Assembly (NCBI GenBank): GCA_004764695.1
Contig: SMSO01000031.1
Location: 9,406,761 to 9,470,760 of the forward strand
From: Schizochytrium sp. TIO01
Lineage: Eukaryota; Protista; Bigyra: Labyrinthulomycetes
DNA: 64,000 bases
Reading direction: 5' to 3'
Both the position numbers and the translations under genes were made by a program. The notes under the pieces were generated by a model. It searched no databases, was not told the DNA's origin, and was given only the letters and a program-made list of their open reading frames with translations. Shown piece by piece: positions 38,301 to 50,120 of the stretch. Positions within the stretch are counted from its first letter, which is position 1. The number at the start of each line of letters is the position of its first letter.

Positions 38301-40132
38301 GGACGGACTTCAATTTCGCAAGAACGAAAGGCTCTCTTCCCAAGAAAGAAAATCGAAATGAGGAATTATTTGCCACGAATCTGAAAATTTTTAAATTGTT
38401 CGACTTTATGTCTTCCAAGTCGCACAACGAAAAATCTTTAACTTTCTTGCATTTCCTTTTCTCCTTTTTTTTTTTTTTTTTTAGTGCAGATTGTTCATTT
38501 ATAAATAAAAAAAATTATTTTATATTTTTATTTTATTTTTATTAAGATAAAATAAAATAACTGAATGAAGGTTAAGCATCTTAATATGATGCAGTTCGTT
38601 GTTTAGTTGAACTTTTTTTCTTTAGGACAGAAGAAAGACCAGGGGTGAAGCCAGTGGGACAGGAGTCCGGCGTCTGCTACGAGACGGAAACGATTCCCGC
38701 ACGCGCCCCTTTGTATCTCTGCACTTCCCCGCAGGACGCCCATCTCCCTCACACTGAGCGGATGAACTTTATACTTTTCGACAGATTTGTCTTTACTTTC
38801 TTTTAAAAGCACTTTCCTTTTAAATGCTAATAGTTTCTTTTTTTAGTTTTTTTTTTAAATCTCCCTTTACCTCTTCTTCATGTCTGTCTGCAAAAAGTTC
38901 TATTTATATATATTATGCTAAAAATAAATAATAATAACAATAATAATAGTAAAAAGGGAAAATCCGCCTCTCACAGAAGACGCGGGATCCCCACAGCGGA
39001 TTTCGACAAGCTTCCGATGCGGGGCCAGTCCCACTCAGCGGCGGCCCCACAGCGGCCCGAGCCTCTTGCCAAATCGACGCTCTCGAGCGGCGGGAGATCC
39101 ATCTTTCGCCTCTCTTCCTCCTCCTTCCTTCCTTCCTCCCTCTCTCTCCCTCTTCCTCCCTCCATGTCTAAGCCACCTAGGCGAATCCCTAACGAGGACA
39201 GTAGGCAGACGCCCCAGTGGGGACGTAGGTGGCCTATCCCTGTCACAGTCACTTAGTCATTCAGTCAGTCAGTCATTCGCGCTCTCGTTTCTCAACCTCA
39301 ATGACGGCTGCTCAAGTCCTCGAGTGCTTCTTCCGCGCCTTCGCAAATACAGCAGAGGCGGGAGGCCTCTCGAAAGGACGGAGCCTGCGACTGATCGCCT
39401 GTACGTGCTCGACTTTGGTTTGGAGAGATAAATAAAGAAAGAAAGAATGAAAGAATGAAAGAAGTCCGTCGGCGAAGGTTTGTTTGCCGTTTCCTGGAGA
39501 GTGAGCAACGACGCTGGTGTAAAAGGGAGGTCCTTGTAGGAAAGAGAGGGGGAATTGTGGATGATGGCGGAGCAGGGTAAAAAGGGAGGTTCTTGTAGGA
39601 AGGAGAGCGGGAATTGTGGAGAACTAGACCACCTGGAGAACGGCAACGACGCGAAGAAGAGCATGCATGAGATGCAGAATGGCGCTGCGCCGATGGAGGA
39701 GATGATGCGCAGGCCGCGAGGGGAGGGAGGGGAACGTGGGGGAGGGGACGCACGCAGGCGCTGAGCAGAACGCATCGCAGCGTGGAGAAGGTGCGGGGGT
39801 TGGTGCATGATCTGAGCGAGAATGTGGTTGGCACCAAGGATGGCAACCAATGGCAACGACCATCACTCCGGGCTCGAGGCAGCCCCAATGGATCTCTGGT
39901 GAGAACAGCAGCGGAGCATCTTCAGATGCTTGCGTGCGTGCGTGCTTGCGTGCTTGCTCGTCGCGGGCTCTGGGAGCTAGAGGCGGCGACGGAACTGCTC
40001 GAAGAGAACCTCACCTCGAAGACTCGAGATTCTCCAAGAGCAGCGATGAAGTCTCCGCTGCTGGCGAGTAGATTGATGGCAGCCGCCAGTCGGCAATTAG
40101 TTTCCGCAGGGCCGGAGAAGCTTACCAGCTGG

Positions 40133-40253
40133 CGTCCTCGACCGTCTGCACAAGGGGCTTCGAGACGGGCGCCGGGGAATTCGACGTTGTCCTGTGAAGG
40201 CGCCTCGAGGGAGTGAATCCCAAGATCCCCGTCTCGAAGCCCCTCGAGAGGAC
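40133..40253. ncRNA. Candidate structured RNA / DNA inverted repeat with a perfect 17-bp stem
   Basis: AGGGGCTTCGAGACGGG (40153-40169) is the exact reverse complement of CCCGTCTCGAAGCCCCT (40228-40244). Inner stems CGCC/GGCG and GGGA/TCCC; outer GTCCTC/GAGGAC. The inverted repeat is certain; RNA function is inferred. Confidence 0.45.
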
Positions 40254-40430
40254 CTTGGAAAGTCGAACTAAGTTACTAACTAACTACAGCGTCTGACTGA
40301 TCCGAGACAGAGTTGAGTTTGCTTCAGAGAGCAACGCTCTTCTGCGACGAGGATGGGGCGTCGGGCAGAGCGAGACAGGCATGCGTGTGAGCGCAAACCA
40401 AAGCCATCTTTATATTTCAATCGACAGCAG

Positions 40431-40510
40431 TCAAGCTCAAAAGCTCAAGACAAAGCTCAAGACAAAGCTCAAGATACAGCTTAAGATGAAGCTCAAGATA
40501 AAGCTCAAGG
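40431..40510. repeat. 12-bp minisatellite (AAGCTCAAGACA)n
   Basis: Read directly; about 6 degenerate copies. Confidence 0.9.
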
Positions 40511-40934
40511 TCAATACTGGAGGAGTGCAATGCTGCTTGCAGCTAACTAGAAGCGCTTTGAGCTTGTGGAAAAGCTCACGGGCATAGCTTGCATCCATGA
40601 ATAAATGAATCCACAAATAAATAAATGAATGAATAAATGAATCCACAAATAAATGAATGAATGAATGTGTGGAGTTTACGGAGACTGGAGCGATATTGAC
40701 CACCACCGAAGAAAACCGCCAAGTCCCTGGCAACGTACCAAGTTTGGCTTTTTGACACCCGCACGCTCGCTCGTTTGTCTCTTTTGAAGGGACGTGTAAG
40801 AAAGACGGAAGGCCGTTGGTTGTGGCTGCAGGCAGGTGAGGTGCACGCACTTGCGTTGCGCCGCTCGCGAGGATAGGCAAGAGCAACGGCATCGGTGGGC
40901 GTGCAAAGCTGCTGACAGGATCCTTGTTTTTTCA

Positions 40935-41130
40935 TTTGTTTATTTTTTGTTTGTTTATTTGTTTATTTGTTTATTTGTTTATTTGTTTATTTGTTTATTT
41001 GTTTATTTGTTTATTTGTTTATTTGTTTATTTGTTTATTTGTTTATTTGTTTATTTGTTTATTTCTTTATTTCTTTGTTTGTTTCTTTGTTTCTTTGTTT
41101 CTTTGTTTGTTGCTTGTTTGTTGTTTGTTT
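40935..41130. repeat. (TTTATTTG)n / (TTTG)n compound microsatellite
   Basis: Read directly from the sequence. Confidence 0.95.
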
Positions 41131-41619
41131 GCTGTCCGAGATAGATTTTGCACTCGCAGGCGCGGCGCCAACGGAACCAACGGCTCGAACCAACAGTTTC
41201 TCTATGCTCAAGCGAACAAAGTCGCAAGCAAGTCTATTGTAACAACTGTGCAACTGTGTGCGGAGGTACCCACGAGTACTTACTTCCTTCCTTACCTACC
41301 TTACTTACTTACCCACTGTGATTAGCGCTCGCCACGCTTTCAGCAGCAAGCGAGATCGTCCATGTCGCCACCGTCGAAAGAAGTCTCGTCGAACAGTATC
41401 CTTTGCGTGTCGCCATCATCTCCGCGGGATCCACAGCTTGATTGCGAGGCTTGCTTGCTTGCTTGATTGCGCGTGTGCGTGAGTACTACATAGGTTTGCC
41501 ATTGCGAGGCTCTCAAATGCTCTGCGCACATGTTTGCTCCGCGCACACACCCACACAAACACACACATATGTAGCTTTGTTGCTCTTCCATACCACATAT
41601 ATAAGAGTATTCTATTTAG

Positions 41620-44070
41620 CCCAACCACTTTGAGTATTTGAGATCCACTTTTAAAACCAAATTCTGAATGCTCAGATTTTCGAAAAGAATGGTCTTCAAC
41701 ATGCGAAATTAGGACCAAGAAGCTTTTCAAGGTTCTCCTCGAGGGCCATCATCATGTCCTCTGTAAGTGCACCTCAAACAATCTTGCAACTTAATTTTTG
41801 GGGGTGTGACGCGTGTCGATTTGCCGTCAATATTGAATATCTAGACTGACTCTACGAGCATGACTTGAGCTTCGTAGATGGCTTGATAGCTATCGAACGT
41901 GAAAGTATGAATGGGCCAATAGTATGGGTGCACAATACCTTTAAAGAGTATAACAAGGCACCGCCGTTGCCTTTGCCAGGCTCGTTCACAGCAAGTTAGT
42001 ACACCTCCGGATCGCGCAACAAGAAAGTTGCGGCAGCATCTCCAGCTTCACAGATATATTCCTCAAATTGCCTGACGCCTTTGTATCTTTCATTGAGCAT
42101 TCTCAATGGTCTTAGTTCTGCATCGAGTTTGAACCTATTCGTCCTGTATTTAAAAACAACCTCAGCAAAATTGAGAGCTCTGGGGCACAGGGTATAAATT
42201 GGAATCACGTCTGCAAAGCCATAGGAGTAGAAAAACGCATTTCATTTGCACCAAAAACTCTCTAAAACAACAGATTTAGTAGTCTCCCGACGATTCAGAA
42301 CCGGGTGTACCCTTTTATTCGCCCAATGGCCGATCATTTCGGCAGAGCGTCTATAGAGCACCAAATCTGGCACGCCACTCCTTCCGGTTTCACTGTCCCT
42401 CTTTGATCGTACGAATATCTCATTCTGACCCTTCACTGTTAGACTGGCACAGGTATAGTCCTGCAAACCCTTCAATACCTTTTGTGTTAGTCTATAACCC
42501 TGTTGATTAAGATGTATGTAGACAGTAACCTGCGTTTCGTCGTTCAGTACTTCCATCAAATCAACAAAGTAACCTTTTGATTTTTAAAATGCCCAAAAGG
42601 AGATTACTGAGTGCTTAGTTGTATTCGTATTATCCAGATCAATAGCAGCAGGCAAAATTCGCGTCGTAATACAGTGTGCTTGTGTTGAACCTGCGCGCGT
42701 GTTGCAAATCTTTAAATCACTCAACCACAACATCATTACTGTTCAAACCGTCATCCGGTATTCTTGTCTATAGCACTGTGCTTTGGGACTTTTGTGGTTA
42801 ACAAAGATATCTATGGAGTTGTTCGACGCACGAGAGTGTCCAATCGCTCATCTCATTAGTCATCAACTAACCGTTGTTTTACCGTCCTATGTTACATTCA
42901 ACAACCATCGAATTCTAGGTAGTGAATGAGCTGAGCAACCTCACCAATAGAGTGCCTTCCCATAGCATTTGTGTGATACTGCACCAAGTTCTTATACAGA
43001 ATTTGTGGATGGCTCTTTCATATAAAAAACATGACCTTGCTGAGATTTGTTGGAAGCTAGAAAACTTGACGAAATAAACTGCAGTCTCACCCCGTTAGCG
43101 CCCGCTTTCAAAGCGAAGATAGTCACGGCTCTCTAGTGGAAGACCCCTCTTCTCTCAAATGTTGTCTCGTTCAAATGTTTTGCGCCTTTGACCATAGTTA
43201 CTCCATAATGGCAACTTTAACGTAAGCAACAAGCCCGTTTCCGAACCAAGTTTAGAACCACCTGTATGGCGACTATCCAAATGAACTTTGCATCCTCCTT
43301 CTATAAGCATGGAGCTAGCCCAAAAACTTCAAGAACCTCGTGCACGGACCTCCGGTAACAGTAAAACTGGAAGGAGGGGCCAAAGTCCAACTTAAAATCA
43401 ACGAGAGATTTTGACATCTCTGTGCACGTGATCATGAAACCATTCGCAATATTTGTTCTACTAACTTATACTTTTGATAAAGAAGGATTAGCTGCATTAA
43501 ACTACCGTATTCTGTGCTTAGTATATCCTTTATCCCAAGACATGAGTAGCCTCTGAAAAGGCCAGATCAAAGGCCATCAAACGTTTCCAGCACTTCACAT
43601 CATAGGCCTTGTTGGCCCTTGCCTTGTTCCTCTGTAAAGCACAGTATCCTTAGGGTCTTATTTCCATGTCAATCAGTTTCTAGGATGCTGCATGCTTCCA
43701 ACAAGAAAACCTGCGTCAAAGAAATAAACTTGAAGGGTGATTCAGCTAGGCACAACAAGGTGGGACTCATGGTTCGGAAAAAGGTTCGTCGGTGAAAATC
43801 TAGTCCACGACTGTTTAATCTTGAAGGCACATCATCTGAGAAACTGATGAGCAATATTAAAAAGCATCTTCGCAGCGTTTTGTCAGTATCTTACGATTGC
43901 GGTATCATCAGAAAGGAGATGCTGCGTGCTTGGTTGTGATGACGAGAGCAGAGCAGGCGCAGTAGTACTTCTTAATTTTGTGATGAGAGAAGTAATGCTT
44001 CTACTGCGGTTTGGATGAGTGTATGCATGCCGGGTGCTTTGGGAAGTCAGCGGAAATTTCTCCGCCAACT
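41620..44070 (-). pseudogene. Decayed protein-coding sequence (~800 codons) of unrecognised family
   Basis: Microsatellite-free, high-complexity block with collinear protein-like minus-strand fragments broken by stops and frameshifts, e.g. QRNKARANKAYDVKCWKRLMAFDLAFSEA; HPQILYKNLVQYHTNAMGRHSIGEVAQLIHYLEF; ...SVISFWAF*KSKGYFVDLMEVLND...ESFWCK*NAFFYSYGFADVIPIYTLCPRALNF...; CERAWQRQRRCLVILFKGIVHPYYWPIHTF. Confidence 0.6.
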
Positions 44071-44993
44071 ATTTTCCTTTTTTTCCTTGCTAACAGTTTA
44101 ACCTTGCTGGACACTACCTACTAGAGCAGATCAAATCGAGGATGAACGAGTGATTAAGCGAAGGTAATAGGGCCAAAGTTTCTAATTTTACATTCCTGGC
44201 TAAGAGGGTTTCTACGTATTCACTCCGTCGCGCTGAGCTCTATTTATTATGTTAAACTTTCGTGAAAAGACTCTTTCCTGAGTAAACAACTGGGGATCCA
44301 GGAGCTCCGTCTAATGGAAGCAAAGAGACTTTGAAGACAGTTGAAGTTGCAGACAAAGAAACAACGTTTTATCAAGGAATATATGCACAGCAAGAGAATA
44401 AACATAATAAACTGATTCCTGCTATCTTATGGATCATGAGACATTCAAAGACTTTCGGAATGGCCAGGCTTTCAGGACCTTAATAAGCGAGAGAGATCTC
44501 TCGATTCTGTGCGACTTCGTAGAAAAACTCAAACCCAGAGAGAGATGATTCGAGCAAAGGAACGTTTGGACGTTTGGTGCATGTTTATAACAAGATCAAA
44601 ATGCAGATTTTCATCTTGATTCCGCGCTTTCTATAGGTTTCTTTGACCGAACAAATATAGCAGATCGGGATTGCACATGGCCTATTATGCTACCTTGCAA
44701 CTGAAACTTTCTGCTTTTGAACTCGACAAAAACCGTCGTGATGATATGCAGGTGTTCTTTTCTTTTTTAACACTGCTTTGTTATCAAATAGAGCAAAAGC
44801 CGAGAGGCAGCAGGCACGTTGGCATCAGGTTCAACAAATGGGTGTCTGGATTTGGGGAACGGTAAAATGAGTTGCCAGAAATATAAGTAATGCAAGGAAA
44901 GAGGGGATATGTTTAAAAAAGAAGAGAAGATAGGCAGGACGGGAGAAGGAATAGTACATGACTCAGGTCAAATGTGAGTTAAAGTAAGCATAT

Positions 44994-47036
44994 TCAGAAT
45001 CTTTGACCATTCTGTGAGTATTTATAACCAAACGCTGCTTCATCAAGACCACCGCTGAAGTCATCCTCGTCTTGTGAAGGCCTTGGTTTAGGAGGACCAC
45101 GTGGCATTTGAGTGTGAGGCATTCCTCCAGGAGGCATTGCATGTGGAGGCATTCCTCCAGGAGGCATTCCACGTGGAGGCACCCCCCCGGGAGGCACCCC
45201 CCCAGGAGGCATTCCACCAGGGGGCATCATTCCCCCAGCACCAGGTGGAGAGTCCATCTGTACTGAAGACCGAAGATCACGGCCAAACCGATGACCAACT
45301 GAAGCGATGTCTTCTGCATAAGCTTCGTTCACGCGATTTGTGTACGGATCAACGCGCGGGAAAATGAAGCGGCGAAAAGCAGAAAAAGCCTCATCTTGCA
45401 AAGGATAAGATTCGATAAGAACCATTCTCGTATGGTACTCAGCGAGAGGAATAAGGCAACATCCGAGCAAAAGAGGCGCCTCTACAAGGCGAGTTGTTGA
45501 ATTGTCAGTGCTGTTTCCGATAACATCCGCCTTGGAGAGCTGGGATGATGGTGAGGAGCATTGCACGAGCAAAGTGGAGTCATCATATACCTCTCCGTCA
45601 TCTAGATCAGCGCGTGAATCCTCAAGTAGTGCTGCCGAGAATATTGAGCGTTTACGTGAAGAAGACGTCAAAACCATCTCAGCCAAGCTCTCAGCCTCGC
45701 GATATTGATACATTTGGATAGGATCTCCAACAGATTCTGCAAGTGCTGCAACATCTTGAGGCAGGATATCTTCGATGACGCCAAAACGTGCATGATTCAT
45801 GTGGTCTTTGTTCACATAAGGGTGTTTAATTGCCTCGTAGACAAAACGCAGGGGGGCATCCATGGGCGGGGCGTCAATTCGTAGGTTTAGGCGTCGCGCA
45901 GTTTCTGGAGTAGATCCAACTGGCAAGTATTGATACCGTAGGCGCAAGTGCTTGCCATTAGGCAGGCCAATAGGTTGTGCTTCTTTCCAAGAAGGATCAG
46001 ATGCGCTCGTATACAAAAGCCCGTGCATCATGCCTGCTGTGGCATCAACACCACCACGGAGAACGCGGTATGCCTCTTCTGTTGAAACCTCGGCAGGGCG
46101 ATTCTGCATACCCGCTCGAACGACATTCTCCACAAAGACTCGATGTCGTTTGACCTCGAGGCGCAGAAGTTCATTTTCAAGGCGAAGGTCCACGGCTGCA
46201 CCACCTGCATGACGCAGAAGGTCAACCTCAGTCTGGAGTTCCTCGATACGATGCTCAAACTCGCGTTTGTCGGCCAAGAGCTCTTCGTGCTTCTCGCGGA
46301 GTTCCTGCACATTGCGCTTACGCTTCTCGCGAAAGCGACGGCAGTTTGCAGCATTCCGATTTTTCCCTGTTGCCTCTGAAGATCCTGCCTCCGAAATTTC
46401 CCGAGTCACCGCTTTTCGACGATTCTTAAAGTCATCATCATCACCATCGTCGCTGTCACCATCATCCTCAAAGCTGTTTTCTCTCGTTTCCTTGTTCATA
46501 CCTCGATGACGTTGCTTTTGGGTTTGGTTTTGATTCCTCTGACCTTGAGCGGACGATTGAATTCGAGAATGAGTTTTGTTGCAATTTCTGTCAAGATCGT
46601 CAGAATTCTGATTTTTCGTGGCGAAGGCTAGGTCTTGACCGGCCAAATCATCATTGCTCTGAGAGCTTGATGATGAAACTCTTGACGGCACGAAGCGCGT
46701 AGAGGGAATCGTTAGAGCCTCAAAGTCGTTGGTATCATAACCATCGCTACTTTGAGCAGTCGTGGACTCTTCAGAGTATTCAGTATCTAAGTAACCTTTA
46801 CCCATAAAAACAAGGCGAGGTAATTCCTCGCGCTTGATGGTGTCCCAAGAGTAGAAAGCATTGTCATCAGATATGGCCACATGATCTTGGGGTGCTTTGG
46901 AATATGCAGCGGAAGTCGACGCGGAGTTCGAGGATACTGTAGTGGAGGCTGTGGAGATCGAGGATGTCGATGTTGCATGCCGCGGAAGCCCAGAAGCAGC
47001 AGCGCCGAGTGAAGGTTGGCGAGAAGTGCCTCGCAT
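44994..47036 (-). CDS. bZIP transcription factor (paralog 2) with C-terminal START-like domain and GGMPP repeat tail
   Basis: AAAATG start; RNAANCRRFREKRK + zipper LREKHEELLADKREFEHRIEELQTEVDLL; second zipper DLRLENELLRLE; domain shared with paralog 1; about 8 (G/R/H)(G/A)(M/V)PP units. Confidence 0.92.
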   Translation of the reverse strand: MRGTSRQPSLGAAASGLPRHATSTSSISTASTTVSSNSASTSAAYSKAPQDHVAISDDNAFYSWDTIKREELPRLVFMGKGYLDTEYSEESTTAQSSDGYDTNDFEALTIPSTRFVPSRVSSSSSQSNDDLAGQDLAFATKNQNSDDLDRNCNKTHSRIQSSAQGQRNQNQTQKQRHRGMNKETRENSFEDDGDSDDGDDDDFKNRRKAVTREISEAGSSEATGKNRNAANCRRFREKRKRNVQELREKHEELLADKREFEHRIEELQTEVDLLRHAGGAAVDLRLENELLRLEVKRHRVFVENVVRAGMQNRPAEVSTEEAYRVLRGGVDATAGMMHGLLYTSASDPSWKEAQPIGLPNGKHLRLRYQYLPVGSTPETARRLNLRIDAPPMDAPLRFVYEAIKHPYVNKDHMNHARFGVIEDILPQDVAALAESVGDPIQMYQYREAESLAEMVLTSSSRKRSIFSAALLEDSRADLDDGEVYDDSTLLVQCSSPSSQLSKADVIGNSTDNSTTRLVEAPLLLGCCLIPLAEYHTRMVLIESYPLQDEAFSAFRRFIFPRVDPYTNRVNEAYAEDIASVGHRFGRDLRSSVQMDSPPGAGGMMPPGGMPPGGVPPGGVPPRGMPPGGMPPHAMPPGGMPHTQMPRGPPKPRPSQDEDDFSGGLDEAAFGYKYSQNGQRF

Positions 47037-48134
47037 TTTAAATTAGACCTTGTAATTTATTGCTCGACCCGTGGCTTGCAGAGTAAGAGTCTCTCGACCG
47101 GTGACACTCGCTAAAAGGACAGACAACAGGTAAGCTCGACGCTGGACCAGAAAGAAATCGTGAACGTATTGAGCAGACTGAGTCGAGTCTCGAAGAGATC
47201 GCCACCGCTGCTGCTGCTGTTCCTGCTGCCCCTCCTCCTCCTCCTCCCCCTTCGCTTCCCGGCCAAACGGAGGACTGAAGAGACGCTTCAAAGACACAGA
47301 GAAAGCGAACGCTGGCCGGAGCGGGCTGGAATGGGGAATTGCGACACGAGTCCACGAAGGATCGGTGGATCGATGAATCGATCGATTAGATGTAAAACTA
47401 TTTGAATTGAAAAGAAAAGAAAAGAAAAGAAAAGAAAAGAAAAGAATTATTACTCTCTTTCCCACGTCTTCTTCTTTGTGAAAGAAAAAAGAAAGTAAAC
47501 TATTCGGAATTACTAGCCCCCTTTTACTCTAAACCATACAGGAGGAGGTGCCTAGCAGGCACATTAATTAGCTAACTCAGACTTGTCAAATTATCTCATC
47601 CGTTTGCACTCTCTTCCGTTCTTTTCAAGTCCTTCTCATCTCTTCTCAAATTCTCTTTTACCTTAAGCAAAAACCCCTTTGTTCTTTCCAAGACAGACAG
47701 GTAGGAGGTACCTATTAGCTAGCTAGGTATAACTAGCTTCTCTTCTTCTCTTCTCTCTTTCCTTTAAAGATTAAAACTAAAAATGACAAATAGACAAAGT
47801 AGTAAATAAACTAAAAAGCCACAGGCGATTGATTCTTTCTTGCGCACAAGCCATCGAAAAGAAGCGGCAAGAACCGCGTGAAACCACCAGCAAGTGTCCA
47901 AACTCTGTGCGATTTCTGCTGCCGCCGGAGTCTAAAAGAGCCAAGGCCACCTGCGGCAACCAGGGAGCTCGCCCAAAGGGTTTTGCGACGCGAAGGAGAA
48001 GCAAAGCGCTCCCCATCTCCGATGCATTCATTTCGAGTCCTGCTCTTTCCAGTTCCAGAAGTGGGTACCTTCTGCTAACGAAAGAACGTACCGAACTGAC
48101 GCACAGAACAAGAGAACGCAAGATCTATTACAGG

Positions 48135-48263
48135 ATGAATGAGTGAATGAGTGAATGAGTGAATGAGTGAATGAGTGAATGAGTGAATGAGTGAATGAGT
48201 GAATGAATGAATGAATGAATGAATGAATGAATGAATGAATGAATGAATGAATGAATGAATGAA
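48135..48263. repeat. (GAGTGAAT)n(GAAT)n microsatellite
   Basis: Read directly from the sequence. Confidence 0.96.
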
Positions 48264-48319
48264 TTGCTCAGAGTGAATGAATTACTCAGAGTAAAGGAAT
48301 GAATACACTCAGGTACTAG

Positions 48320-49360
48320 TTAAGCAGCTGCCACAGAGATAACTACGTAAGTTGTGGGGAGCATCATGAGCTTTAACAGAGAAGGAGTTGCGACGAGGAA
48401 GAGATGAGAATTGGAGAAAGGAACAACGAAGAGGGGCGCGATTATGATATTGCCGGATACTGGTATTTTGATTTTGAGAAGCAGAGGCAATGAGGGATCA
48501 ACCATGTGCGGAATGAGTTTGAAGCTGCGCGATCTAAATGACGATAAAGCAAGTGCAACTTCGCCTGCAGTTCTCAAGTTGAATTCATTTCCATTTCTTT
48601 TTGGATCAATATCAACCAAAAAGTGTTTAATTAAAATTATACATAGATACTATAGGCCTCAATCAAGAAATGTGAGACTGTATTTTTTATTTCTCAATAT
48701 ATAATATACTAATGTAGGTGTAACTAGGTACTAATATTTTTTTTAATGAAACTCCCTCATCATAAGCGAATCAAATCGTCAACCCATAAGAGCTCTGCAT
48801 GGTTGATTTATTACCGGTCGGCTATGCAATTCGCAGAACTTCTCGGTTAAGATTTCAATCTGGGTACAGACATCCACTGAAGCGTTCCATCAATCTTTCA
48901 AAGTGAAGCGGGAACTCCATTCAGCGACTTGACATAGACACAGTAAACAATGTGTGAGCCTTCATTTCATACAAAACTCTAGTATTTGAAATACCTTTTA
49001 AATTCAACTATTCTGGGTCTGGTTTTAAATGATGCGGAGAGGGAACAGGCTTGCCCTTCATTTAAGTATCACGTCCATGGTGTTGCTGTTTCAGGAGTGA
49101 GAATCACTTTGAGGTCCTCGTTTCTGATCCGATCAAAGTTGATCAACATGTAGAAGGCCTCCGTCGTGTTAGGTGATGAAAAGCACAACGATATTTTCCT
49201 TTGGACCCATTGACTATGAATTTTGTTGTTGCTGGATTGAAGTTTTCGTTGTTTAGTAGGTTTATATTTGGTTGGATGGCTGCTTTTTCTCTTCTACTCG
49301 TCTCTTTATCTTGGGGTGTTTTTTGTTTCTTTTCTTTTTTTTCTAACATTGAAAGTTTCA
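48320..49360 (-). pseudogene. Possible decayed coding relic, unknown family
   Basis: Protein-like minus-strand fragments (INFDRIRNEDLKVILTPETATPW*YLNEGQACSLSASFKTRPRIVEFKRYF; ORFs 48320-48619 and 49143-49361) with stops; no motif recognised. Confidence 0.3.
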
Positions 49361-49793
49361 AGCCGTAGTTATCATATCAAGTTTTAAATAATTTAATTTT
49401 AAAATTAAATTAAAAAAGTTAAAAATTTTTAACACAAATAGAAACAAGTGTAATAAAAAAGGAAAACGATATGGGGCCGGATTCAGATGTTGGACAGAAT
49501 GGGTTACACAAAGCTATGAGTTATATCGATAACTTGTAATCACTACTTTGGGGCCGAGTTGAACGAGGTCATCACCATATGGGATTGAAGCAGACCAATC
49601 AATCGATCGATCTGCGTTAATAGATTCAAGAAGCGAATCATGATAGGGTGATCAGATCGCCAAAGCGAGAGTCTGCGTGTCCACAAGTAGCAAAACACAC
49701 ATTCGGAACAAAAACCAGCCCCGAATTAGTCTTCCTGGAGAACCAACTGACCCGACGAAGTCCACGTGAAGAGCGGAAGAGCAATCGGCAACA

Positions 49794-50120
49794 ATGATCT
49801 CCACCACCACCAAAGAAGCCAAGGGAAGGAAGCGCAAAGGTACTTTATGCTAGGTTCTTGAGGCTTTTTGTCCATTTCCTGTTTATTGCGAAAGAATATT
49901 GCAGCAGCAAGAGCAACCTAAAAAGATGAAACTAACAACACTCTGATGTTTGTTTACAAGAAAGGCGTGGAACAAACTCGGCAATGATGTATGCGATATT
50001 GAAATGAGAAAACAACTAAGTCTTTTGAGTCTTTGGCGAGAAATGAAAATGCAATGAACTGCCCCTGTGGAAGCTGCTCTGCTGGTTCAACTTGCCAAGG
50101 AGCCAGCTAAAGAAGCCTAA
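49794..50120 (+). pseudogene. Possible degenerate HMG-box-like gene relic
   Basis: Single frame with 3 stops: MISTTTKEAKGRKRKGTLC*VLEAFCPFPVYCERILQQQEQPKKMKLTTL*CLFTRKAWNKLGNDVCDIEMRKQLSLLSLWREMKMQ*...; spacing of AF..F, P and W..L resembles an HMG box. Confidence 0.25.

Noticed and set aside
38641-39240. Hammerhead ribozyme or canonical tRNA in the hairpins at 38641 and 39172
   Set aside because: No CUGANGA core on either strand; no GTTC T-loop or proper 7-nt anticodon loop.
42350-42400. RSGVPDLVLY as a VRR-NUC/PD-(D/E)xK nuclease motif
   Set aside because: No downstream E-x-K at the expected distance.
50054-50110. MNCPCGSCSAGSTCQGAS* as a metallothionein
   Set aside because: Only 18 aa with 4 Cys; overlaps a longer relic in another frame.
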